Of a DNA stretch of 64,000 bases, positions 23,954 through 35,101 are shown piece after piece. How positions within the stretch are numbered: position 1 is the stretch's first letter; each line of letters opens with the position of its first letter. Origin of the DNA: Mobula birostris. Lineage: Eukaryota. Made by a program: the position numbers and the translations under genes. The DNA is taken from contig NC_092384.1 of NCBI RefSeq assembly GCF_030028105.1, positions 17,429,629 through 17,493,628 on the forward strand. The letters run 5' to 3'. Below the pieces are notes generated by a model, which was given only the letters and a program-made list of their open reading frames with translations, did not search any database and had not been told where the DNA came from.

Positions 23954-24496
23954 CTGAATAAATGCAGATGTATCTTTGATACTGAGAAGGTGCAGAGTTG
24001 CCGTGGCCAGCTTGTTAATCTTATAACTTGTGATCTGTGAAAGTAAATCATATTGACCATTAGTTCATCATCCTGCGGCTGCAGAGGCGCTCGAGTCTGT
24101 AAGAAAGTTGTCACTTGTATCTGTATCTCATTGATTTCCAGCGGCAGGCTGTAACCGCAATGTTTGTCGTTTAAAATAAGCTTTCTTTTTCTGATTTTCC
24201 ATTCGGGCTGAAATTACGTGCTACGGTTCATCTGTCGTGTACAGAACAATGGTCGTGCTCATTTTAACATTCAGCCTATCATGTGAACGTTAATGCAATC
24301 TGTTTGAGGGTGCAGTTGAATGCTAAGATCAAAGCAGTCGACGCTTTGAGATACTAATGTTGCAAATGATAATTTTATGGATCGCCTACCGTCAAATTGA
24401 CCTGCTATTTATGTGGGTTGTAGATTCAGCCTGGGTGTTTAATTGTAAAAAAAAAAGTGGGAAATAAAGTTCGATCAAAAAGCTGGCACGCCTTAC

Positions 24497-24579
24497 CTAG
24501 AAGGTTGAAAGGTGGACCTTTTTAGTTGAGTCTCAGTGTCTTCCTGCTCTGCACTAATTTCGGTCATTATGTGAATAAC
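24497..24579 (-). CDS. Candidate internal exon (VIHIMTEISAEQEDTETQLKRSTFQPS)
   Basis: Acceptor cctcgtcttcag and strong donor AG|gtaagg; only the phase 0-2 frame is open. Confidence 0.3.
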
Positions 24580-27449
24580 CTGAAGACGAGGTACTCTTGC
24601 AACGTTCGAGAAAATATCTGGCTATATTTTTTGTGACGCTTGAGCAGGTTTAGATTTTCCCATTTTCTTTAATTTTGAGTTTAAAGCTAAGTTTCAGTGA
24701 AATCATCAACCATCGTCAAACACAGACCCTGAAAGTAAAGCAAAGATAATTTTGAGTGTGGCAGAAGGGTAAAATGGGTGAACGGGTGAAACCTGTTTTT
24801 TTTTTTAGACATGTAGATTCGCAAGCTTTGTAATTAGTGAAATTTCGTAAAATATCATAGGATTCACATTTAAAATGTTTGTTTTCACAATGAGAAGTAT
24901 TTTTTAAATCAAATATGCGTCACTTCAAACTGAGGAGCCATTTGTATTTCCGCCAAATGTTGAAGGCAGATTCCAGAGGAAATTCAAAATGTTTATTGCA
25001 AATATTTTGCAAATAAATATTTAATGCAGCCAGAATGGCTTCCTTCTGTTTAGCAAAGTTCTAAGATTCTACAGAATTAACATGTTATTTGCTTCGCTTT
25101 CTGCAGTACTTCTGCTCCTAATTCAACAATTAAAAAAAAACAAAGAAACCGTTTCATCTCAAGAAATTGTCTGATTTCTCACCTCCTATCAAAGAATTAT
25201 GCTTATAGTTGAAGGAAGGGCGGGGGGTGGGGGATAGAATCAATGAGCCTACCGATGAACATTGTGTCATGATACAAGTCGATTTTCTTACCCAAAGTAA
25301 GATCGCCTGAAGATATTTTCTGAACGAGTGCAGCAGTACATGTTATTCTAATATTGTGTTTTGTGTATTACGTTCACCTTCATCTTTTGTGAATTATATC
25401 CCCTCTCATCTAAAATGTGTTTTTTCCAGTCTGAGTTACATTGTGCTTTCAGCTACTTCATAGGTACTGCTGCAAAAATCTACCCCAAGCATAACCATAC
25501 AACACACTTCCATGATTCGACCTCCAGCATAGTATCACTGAAGGGATATCTTCATATCTGAGTGGGTATTGTGTGAATAGCCATATCGGGTACCTGGATG
25601 ACAGAGAGAATTAATTCGGAATTCATTTACTTCGCTTCTGTTCGTCATAATGAGGCAATAACACCTGCCAAGCATTTAGTCGGTGGATCATTACATAGCG
25701 ATCATTAAAAAAGTTATTTTCTTAATTTCCATTCAGATTCACAATATTATGAAAGCCATGTATTTTATTTATACAGACCGTACGCAGTCACAACACGTTT
25801 TTATGTTTGCTGTTCATATTGGGTTAGGTCCCAGTTAATCCGATCAAGGGAGAAGCTTTGAAATAGAAATATTTATCATTTAAATCGAAGTTAATTATGT
25901 GATTTATTTTGTAAGATCCAACACAAAGGCACATGCGGCTTCAAATCAACCAATGCATCGCAAATACGTAAAATCAACTTATACCTATACTTGAACGTTT
26001 CTGTAGAATTCCATTGCTCAACTTGTATGCTTCACAGTATTGTTTGAAGTAAACCAAATACAATTCAGTTTTGTGACTCACTCATATTATTTAATCACTA
26101 AATAACATCGGGTTGATATTTGAAGGCAAAGTAAATAGTGCAATGGTTTCTTGAATCTAGATTTTCTCTTTTGCCTCCACCTTCATTTTTGCATTCTGCT
26201 AATCACTTCCTTCCTTATTTCTCTCTTTGTTTTTCAGCTACTTCCAGATAATCTCTGTTCTACTTGATTCTCTACTGTTCACTTGTGAACTCCAGTGAAC
26301 CTCCGGAATACTGTGCGTATCCAAGGTGCAATTTCCTTTTGGCAATTTATTTCTCCCTCATATCTCCAAAGAAGCAATGCTCCTGAATATAAAAATTGCG
26401 GGCATTTGATATAGCATGCATTATCTTTCAGTCTCCGTATCAGAAAACTGAAAATCATTTTTCATCAGCAATGTTCAGAAAGCTATTCAGTTACCTATTT
26501 TGATATTTGCTGAAAGACGAAGAATTTGGAATGCTAGCTCTATGGAAATGGTCAAAATTTGAAGGAAGATAGAAAATAAGTAACCACCTTCGTGAGTTTC
26601 TATACTGGAAAAGCGATTGTTTTTATTTGTGAACCAAAGTATTTTGATTATGAACCCTGCTTTAAATGCTTGCATACAAGATAAATATGACGAATTTGCT
26701 GACCTTTGAAAATGTTTGTAAAAAATCTGCTGTTGTAAAATAATAAGCACATCGTTTGAATTCACGCGAATATCAAGATAATTTGACAACTGCAACCAAT
26801 GGGTGTTGGCTGAATACAAAACATTAAGTAAATGGTAGGACAGTACTTTCCAAGAACAACTCATTTGGCAATAAAATGGAGACAAGAGAGTTCCGACGCT
26901 GGAACATGGAGCAACACAATAAGCGTTGGCGGAACTTAGCGTGCTGGGCAGCATCATGGGAGGGAAAAAGAGAGTCGACGGCTGGAGCAGAGACTCTTCA
27001 TCTGCACTTCATTATCTAGCCAGGAAATTAGATAGTGAGGAACATCGAAATTAAACCTTCTAAACTTCATCCCACGTCTTCTCCTTTCCGCTTTTGTAAC
27101 TGTTGGGTTCGAAATAATTGTTAACGATTTTATTTTCTATTATTTAATTAATTTTATTTCCATTCTTGAAACTTTATAAATGATTTCAATACTTTAAGAA
27201 GAAACGTTTTGTCAATCTGATTAAGATCAGAAATTGTCTCAAGTTACTACTTCGTTTTAATGTGCGGGTCATTTATACATCCCAACGCCCTTAATACCAT
27301 CTATAATGGTAAACTCTTATAACGTATATGGCCTCTTTTCATGGAACTTTCCAAATATTCAATGATCTCGAATACGGAAAGTTGCTACAGATAATATTGT
27401 TCTGATATCTTACCAAGCTTACTAATGAGTTCTGGTGGGTTGGACTCAC

Positions 27450-27528
27450 CACATAATCGACACAAGTTGAAAAACACAGAAGAAAAGTAAATGCAGAAGG
27501 TTTTGGAAATAACCGATTAGTTCGGCAC
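27450..27528 (-). CDS. Candidate hydrophobic (leader/TM-like) exon AELIGYFQNLLHLLFFCVFQLVSIM
   Basis: Pyrimidine-rich acceptor actttttctctccaacgaag and donor TG|gtgagt; the phase 1-2 frame is hydrophobic, but a second frame is also open. Confidence 0.3.
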
Positions 27529-28703
27529 CTTCGTTGGAGAGAAAAAGTCGGCTGGGAAGCTTTCACCACGCGATAACCCGAAAATATCTTAACCTGGCAT
27601 TTTCCACAGTTGCTTCCTGAGTTGGTGTAAACCCTAAATTTGCAAAACCTCAGGCATTTGCTTCTGTCCACACTCACCAGATACTAACCAGCTCATTTAC
27701 TACCTTGCTTCTTTGCATTTATCATTTATAAATATAATGAAACTTCGTGGTCCTAGAAAAAAAAACTCCAAATGGTCGCCAATTAGCCTATTAGTATAAT
27801 ATGAATACCTTTTTATTCTGAATCCCATCTCTCGAGTATTCACGCTCGAACCATTTCAACCTGCAACCGAAAAAAAATCTTCAATCCTTATTTTGTTAAT
27901 CCATTCTTCTGTGGAATAATTCTGATACGCTTTGACAATGCTGTATTAAATAAATGCACCATGATAAAATGTCAGTGTCCACAATATCAATATCTCCTTT
28001 GTTTTAACTGAGATTGCGAAGATATCTTCCGTATTTAAAGTGAAATATTACAAAACTTCTATCCACGCTCCAGATTTCTACTCCTGTTAGTAAATACATG
28101 ACAACACGGTAAAAACACTTTTAGTTCACCACTCCGCGTTCTGAGGATTTAAATGGACAGAAAATACTATGCATATATAAACAATACTTGTCTAGCATTT
28201 TTTAGGATTTGTGCATAGATACGTACAAGGCAATTTGTCCTTCTCAATATCCTATCATAACCTTAAGTGATATCACCTAAATTCCGAGAGGCAACTGTTT
28301 TATCTGGAAATTATCGACAATTTTTCCAACTGGACTGGATTTTGTCTATTCGAGTTCTGAAGAAAGGTCTCCGGCTGAAGCGTTGACGGTTGATTCATTT
28401 CCATAGATGTTCCCGAAAGTGCTGAGTTCCTTTCAGCGCAATATTTTTGCTTATACATTTTATCCTGCTTAAGATCACAAAATGCAATTATTCTATGTTC
28501 TGAGAAAAATACTAGATCTTTTTAAACAGGTATTGACCTGATGTAAAAAAATGGCTGATAAACATTTGTTGTTTTTGAAAAACATATCGTGAGCTAAGAA
28601 ACACATACTTTTCAGAAATAACTTTACAATTAATTTAATTAAATTAACTTTCTTACTTTTCACTTAAGCGTTAAACGCGATAATGTGGGCATCTGCAACT
28701 TAC

Positions 28704-28888
28704 TCGCCTGAGGCGGTGAAACTTCTGACCGCATAGAGTTTCCATGATGTCACCAGCCAACCGTGAGTGCAGTTACTTTGCTGTGTATGTTGACTCTGTT
28801 AGCAAATATATCTGTACTGGGTGCATTTGTCATTGCAAAGGTAGATAGTCCGCATTTGAGGATTAGAAATCGCGTTTCACGTGCAAAT
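28704..28888 (-). promoter_or_regulatory. Diverged paralog of the 13.8-14.0 kb promoter and first exon
   Basis: GCTGGTGACATCATGGAAACTCTATGCGGTCAGAAGTTTC versus GCTGGTGAGATCATGGAAAATCT--GTGGTCAAAGGTTTC; donor A|gtaagt at 28703; near-octamer GTGCAAAT at 28881-28888 at similar distance. Confidence 0.45.
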
Positions 28889-28914
28889 ATGTGCCTCTTT
28901 TGATAAATACTATA

Positions 28915-29236
28915 ATTTACATTTCAATCTAGTCAGAACAAAGGAAAACACAACCACACATAAACACAATGTTGCATAATAGGTTCTATACATGCGGCAC
29001 GAACGTTTATTTAGATATACTTTTAAAATCGTTACCATATATTGATGGAACATAGCAAAATTATTTAAAATACGTTCTGATTTTGAGCACTTCAGATAAT
29101 ATGACAAAACATATGTTGAATGTTAACAATGTTAAATACACAAAAAAGTTAGGTTACCCAAAGGAGTACCTCTTTCGACAAGTGATTTACATTTCCATCA
29201 AGTCAGAACAAAGGAAAGCACAACCACACACACACA

Positions 29237-29301
<65 letters not shown>

Positions 29302-29507
29302 AATATCGCACAGTAGGTTCAATACATGTAGCATGAAGGTTTATTTAGATATAGTTTTAAAATCGTTACCATATCTTGATGGAGCGTAGCAAAAAGAATA
29401 ATTTTAAATACGTTCTGATTTTGAGGACTTCAGATTATATGAGAAAGCAAATGTTAAATGTTAACAATGTTAAATACACAAAAAAGTTAGGTTACCAAAA
29501 GGAGTAC
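28915..29507. repeat. Tandem duplication (28915-29169 and 29185-29507) with a (CA)n expansion in the second copy
   Basis: Both copies run from ATTTACATTTC to AAAAAAGTTAGGTTACC.AAAGGAGTAC; copy 2 has about 70 bp of CA repeat. Confidence 0.92.
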
Positions 29508-30487
29508 AAAAGAGAAGAAAAACACTAAATACCAGAGGTAAGGTTTGGCATTGTTCGCCGTGGAAAAGAGACGAACATTGGGGGTTGGGGACACTGTAAA
29601 TCAGCCGAGGTATACTTTTAGCTCTGGGCCTGAAAGAGTGGGATAAAATCTGGAGGAACAAAGGCACAGAAAGTTGAAAGGATGGATGACAATTACAATT
29701 GCAAAATCCGTGTTTTGTTTCACTAAATGGCAAGTGGGTCAATGAGCGTGTGGATTTCAGATAAACGGGTCGCATACACAAATCATAACCAGTCACGCAG
29801 AATTCTTAGGATTAGTCATCCACATGGGCACGCATATATACTCCCACAGTAACGTCCTCTCGCCCAGGAGTGCACAAAGAAGCACATAGGCAGACATTTC
29901 TTCTGAACCTGCTCGGACTGCAACACTCTGTTTGAAACTGTTCAATTGGATTGCTTTCCCAACACAATAGCCAGGAATGCCGAACAATAATCGCATATTC
30001 TTAGTGACAGTCACCCTAAATTTTCTGAATTATGAAGACACTTTATGAAGGCAGGTCCCCAGATCTAGATTTCTGGAACAGTAACATCTTCATATGAAAG
30101 CACTCATTTCTGAATATACTCTTAACACTCATCTTGCATGTCCTCGTATTCTATCGTCCAGGGCTCAGTACCTACCTTCGTTCAGGTGCCCCAGTGTTTC
30201 AAATTTATAATCGCCAAACTCAGGCAAAGTATTTTTTTAATTATTATTTCGAGTGAGTAAAGCCAAACAGAGTAATTTCTCAACTGCTAGCAAAATTCAG
30301 ACTTGTGTTTAGTATTGTGGCTTTCTGGAGATTTCTATAAATACTGCTTTGTAGACCTAATTGTTTAATGCTGTTGTGTTATGACTTTGGGATGATATCA
30401 GTTGTAGATATCACTATTTGGACAAGGTATACACTATTTATGTTCCATAGTCTTCCAATTTTCTCTTTTAATTTCAGGTGATTTTGA

Positions 30488-31325
30488 TATGCATGGCAGA
30501 TGCAGTTTAATGTTGATAAATGTGAGGTTATCCACTTTGGTGGTAAGAACGGGAAGGCAGATTACTATCTAAATGGAGTCAAGTTAGGAAAAGGGGAAGC
30601 ACAACGAGATCTAGGTGTTCCTGTACATCACTCACTGAAAGCAAGCATGCAAGTACAGCAGGCAGTGAAGAAAGCTAATGGCATGCTGGCCTTCATAACA
30701 AGGGGAATTGAGTATAAGAGCAAAGAGGTCCTTCTGCAGCTTTACAGGGCCCTGGTGAAGCCCCACCTGGAGTACTGTGTGCAGTTTCGGTCTCCAAATT
30801 TAAGGAAGGACATTCTTGCTATTGAGGGAGTGCAGCGTAGGTTCGCAAGGTTAATTCCCGGGATGGCGGGACTGTCAGATGTCGAAAGATTGGAGCGACT
30901 GGACTTGTATACTCTGGAATTTAGAAGGTTCAGAGGGGATCTTATTGAAACATATAAGATTATTAAGAGATTGGACACACTGCAGGCAGGAAGCATGTTC
31001 CCGCTGATGGGTGAGTCCGGAACCAGAGGCCACAGTTTAAGAATTAGGGGTAGGCCATTTAGAACGGAGTTGAGGAAAAACATTTTCACCCAGAAAGTGG
31101 TGGATATATGGAATGCTCTGCTCCAGAAGGCTGTGGAGGCCAAGTTTCTGGATGCGTTCAAAAAAAGATGGATAGAGCTCTGAAAGATAATGGAACCAAA
31201 GGTTATCGGGATAAGGCAGGAACTGGATACTGACAGTGGATGATCAGCCATGATCACAGTGAATGGTGGTGCTGGCTCGAAGGGCCGAATGGCCTACTCC
31301 TGCACCTATTGTTTGTTGTCTATTG
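30488..31325 (+). mobile_element. 5'-truncated CR1 LINE (RT C-terminus and 3' UTR)
   Basis: ORF 30500-31183 (QFNVDKCEVIHFG ... LEYCVQF) followed by GGCCGAATGGCCTACTCCTGCACCTATTG. Confidence 0.93.
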
Positions 31326-33149
31326 TCAATTTTCACTCATTGATTTCTTATATTGTGTGTGTTTGAACTGGCTATATCTATTAAGTAGGTTCTGTTTGCT
31401 CTTCAACCAGACACGCATTTTATCACAAGGTATGGCTCCACCACTGAGATTGAAATTTAAAACAAGATTTTGGTAAAGATGTTTACCACTTAATTGTGCC
31501 TGTCTAAGTAATCGGATTGACTTCAACTGCTGCAAGGTCCTGTAATGAGTTGGATTGTTTCTGGTTTCTGTTGGCCTTTCTGCATTAATCGTCTTACTTT
31601 TGTCGGTGGTTTTTATTCTGTATTTTTGATTTTTTGTTTTTGTGTTGACCAGCTGGTCATGTATTGCCACGAAAAACCACTTTGTTCTGAGAAGAGGTCT
31701 CCAAATCTGTGCCAAACATTCGACACTTCCTTGATGACATCTAACCTGTTCAGATCCTCAGAATGTCTCCAAGGACGGTCATATTCTTCCATTGGTTAAG
31801 TGTTTTTTTTTTCCTTCTAAAGTGATAATTACTTCATTTTTCTGTTTTGTGTTTCAATTTCATTTTAGTGGTGTGTTCTTCTTATCAGAATTGCACGTGC
31901 TCGCCTGGAGTGTTGAATCCTGTTTTCATTGATGAAAAAAAACACATCTTTAGAAGTTTTATCTGTCTGTTGTACAAAGTTTAATTATGAGTGTTATTCC
32001 TCTACCCCTTCTGTTCTAGGTAGCGTTAATATACGTGCGTTGCCAACGCATGCCAGAAATCCCAAGCCGAGTGATCAGGGATGTTTCCTTCGAACAATTG
32101 ACTTTGCCATTGCAGAGCGCCCCAGCCTTTCTACTGACTGCTCAATTTTCTTCCCCGTTTGCATCCGATCATGATGGAAAATTCATTTAAATCGTTGCTT
32201 AAACATCGCAGGAAAGCTTACATGAGTTTACCGTTGTTGGTACTGCTTTTCCAAGCCTGTTATCAGATAATTTTGCACACCTATCTTCCATAAGTTAAGT
32301 ACTCCCTTTCAAAGTGTCCATTTGAACGATGATTGTTTGCCTGGATATTTTCACGCTCTGGATGCATCTTTTAAGCAAACTCCCACTCTTGAAGCGTTCC
32401 TCCTGAATTGATCTGAGGAATCGCAATTCTGGTACCCACAATATTAGGCTAAAATTCACAGCGGTAAGAATAGAACTCAACAAAAACTGAATTAATATCT
32501 TACAAAGAATATTTAAAACTAAGGGTTGTTAACATTGACGGGGTAGGTCATATTATCCTTGACCAGTATTTTTGAATTGTGTATAATTATTAACATTGAC
32601 AGAGTAGTCCATATTCATGTTGACCAGTATTTTTGCATCAGCAGTTAGACAGAGACGAAAATCACCAGAAGTTTAATTTAAGGGACATAATCCTGGAAAT
32701 ATATGTTCACACGACAGCAACAGTTTACAGAAGACTCATCGAGTTAGATGATATGAAATCAAAATCAATGTGAAATGGAATAACATCAGACAGATTGTTA
32801 ATTTACCTGCTCATATTTCCCTTGTCTTGCTTGTTACCAAGTGTGGATTACGCAGCATTTCTGCTTTCAATATTTTAAGTGTGTCCCCTCCCCTGTTGCA
32901 TAGGATTGATTTATAAATATTAGTCAATTTGTTGGTGTAAAGCCTATTTTCTCAGTGAATATCTTTTGCACCATTTTAAAGGTAGAAGAAGGATATACTG
33001 AGACAGGCAACATTGTTTAACCTTGTTCTGTGTTTCACTCATTTGCTGAAAGATTCAGCACAGAACAGAGCCTTCCAGTGCAATGAGCAACGAGCCAGCA
33101 ACCCACTTACTTAAATCCAGTCTAATCACAGGAGAATTTACAACGACGG

Positions 33150-33325
33150 ATTAAACTACTAACCGGTACGTCTTCAGACTGTCCGAGTAAACCGGAGCAC
33201 CGGAAGGAAGCTCGCGCGGCTCATGGGGAGAAATTATACGGGGAGGCTTGAATTGAAACCCGAAATCCGGAACACCCCCAAGTGTGATAGTGTCGCGCTA
33301 ACCGTTATGCTACCGTGGCGCCCAT
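33150..33325 (-). mobile_element. V-SINE-like tRNA-derived SINE remnant
   Basis: Reverse of GGGCGCCACGGTAGCATAACGGTTAG (A-box) and of the GGTGCTCCGGTTTACTC core. Confidence 0.55.
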
Positions 33326-33744
33326 AATTTCGAAATCACACAAATTTGCCTGAAAATAACTCGCTTTTTTAATGGAAATTCCTTTCAGCTATATTTGCAC
33401 GTGATCTGTGACTTAAAACATGGTGCGGGGTGTTCACCGGATGTTCGGAGTTTATGGAATTTCAAGAGGTTATTTTACAGGGATTGAACATGAATTGCAT
33501 GCTGTGTAAGCCAGTCTGCCTCTCAAATTGAACTCATGTGGCTTATCATCAGACAATTTATAAATGGTGTGCACCATATCCTTCTGCTTGAGAAATACTG
33601 TTAATTCTTGGCGGCAATAGCTTTAAAACATTTCTTCACATCGATGATAATACCTTTCCAATTCTTTCTATTTGCTATCCAAGTTTCGCCCCTTCATTTT
33701 GTGATTATGATGCCTTACCTAAAATTTTAAATTACCTAAGTAAC

Positions 33745-34790
33745 CTGTTGAAAATAAATTCACTGCTGACGCCTTATAAGGTGTTGGTCAGTCCACATTT
33801 GCAATATTGTGAACTATTTTGTTCGGTATAGAAGGAAATATGTCCTGGGCCTGGAAAGGAGCTTCACGAAAATATTCCCAAAGCTAAAAGGATTAACAGC
33901 GAGGGGCGTTGGATATCACTGTGTCTGTAGTGGATGGAGTTCATAAGATCATAAAACCATGAGACATAGGTGTTGAATTAGGCCATTTGGCCCATTGAAC
34001 TGAGCTGCATTTCATTAAGGACCATTCAATTTTCCCTTGAGCTCCAATCTTCTGCATCCTCTCCGCATCCCTTCAAAAATTAAAAGTCTATCAACCTGTA
34101 CCATAAATATACATAAAGATCTCGTTTGTGGTCAATATTTACCCAAATTCACCACTCTCTGGCTGTAGAAAATTCTGCTCATCCCCATTCTAAAAGGAAG
34201 CCCCTCTATTCTGAGGCTGTGCCCTCTCATTGCAGACTCTCCCAGCATTGGATACATCCTGTCCATATCCATTCTATCAAGACCTTTAACTATCTGAGAG
34301 GTTTCAATAACGTTACCCCTCATTCTTCTGAATTCTAGTCAATGTAGCCCAGAGTCATCAAACGCTCTTCATATGAGGGGTGGGTAGGGATGGGTACGGC
34401 GTGAGTGATCTAAGTGAAATATGCCATATACTGAGAAGCCCATGGAGAGGAGACGTGGAGACGTGTTTCCTTTTGTAGCAGAGCCTGGGATCAAAGGTTA
34501 CAGATGTACATTGAAGGATTATTCCTTGGAATTAGGAAGAATTTCTTCCTGCAGAGGGTGCTGAATCTGTGGAATTCGCTGGCAGAGAAGGCTACGGGGC
34601 CAAGTTTTTGGATGTACAGTATTGAAGGCAGAGATTGACGGGTTCTTGACTGGTAAGGCATTTAAAGGTTGCGAGTAGAAGACGGGAGAATGGGATTGAA
34701 AAATAACAACCTGGATTGAACGGTGGAGCAGAATGGATGAGTTAAATTTCCTAATTCTGCTTCTGTTCTCAAAGTCCTATGGTCACTCAA
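33745..34790. mobile_element. Cluster of old CR1 fragments in both orientations
   Basis: Plus pieces at about 33745-33950 and 34430-34790; minus piece at about 33955-34370 (ORF 34132-34323 RGHSLRIEG). Confidence 0.7.
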
Positions 34791-35031
34791 GAACTCTTGA
34801 AACATTATTAAACTAATTAAAATTTCTCATGAAAAGTCTTTGATTATAGTGCGGCGTAAAAAAATTGCTGGATCAAAAGTCAGCGACCAGCGTTCTGTTA
34901 TTCATTTGTGGATTGCTCAAAATGGAATGTAAACAAAATTACTCATTTTATTTTTCGTTTGTGTTTCAGCATTGCTGTCCCTAAAGGCCGTTAAACTAAT
35001 CAAACTCAAAAGTATTCATATGTTGTTACAA

Positions 35032-35032
<1 letters not shown>

Positions 35033-35098
<66 letters not shown>
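35033..35098. repeat. (TG)n microsatellite
   Basis: Perfect dinucleotide run. Confidence 0.98.

Positions 35099-35101
<3 letters not shown>

Noticed and set aside
30742-31257. Long antisense ORFs over CR1 copies (also 5103-5453, 62371-62726)
   Set aside because: Shadow frames of LINE RT sequence.
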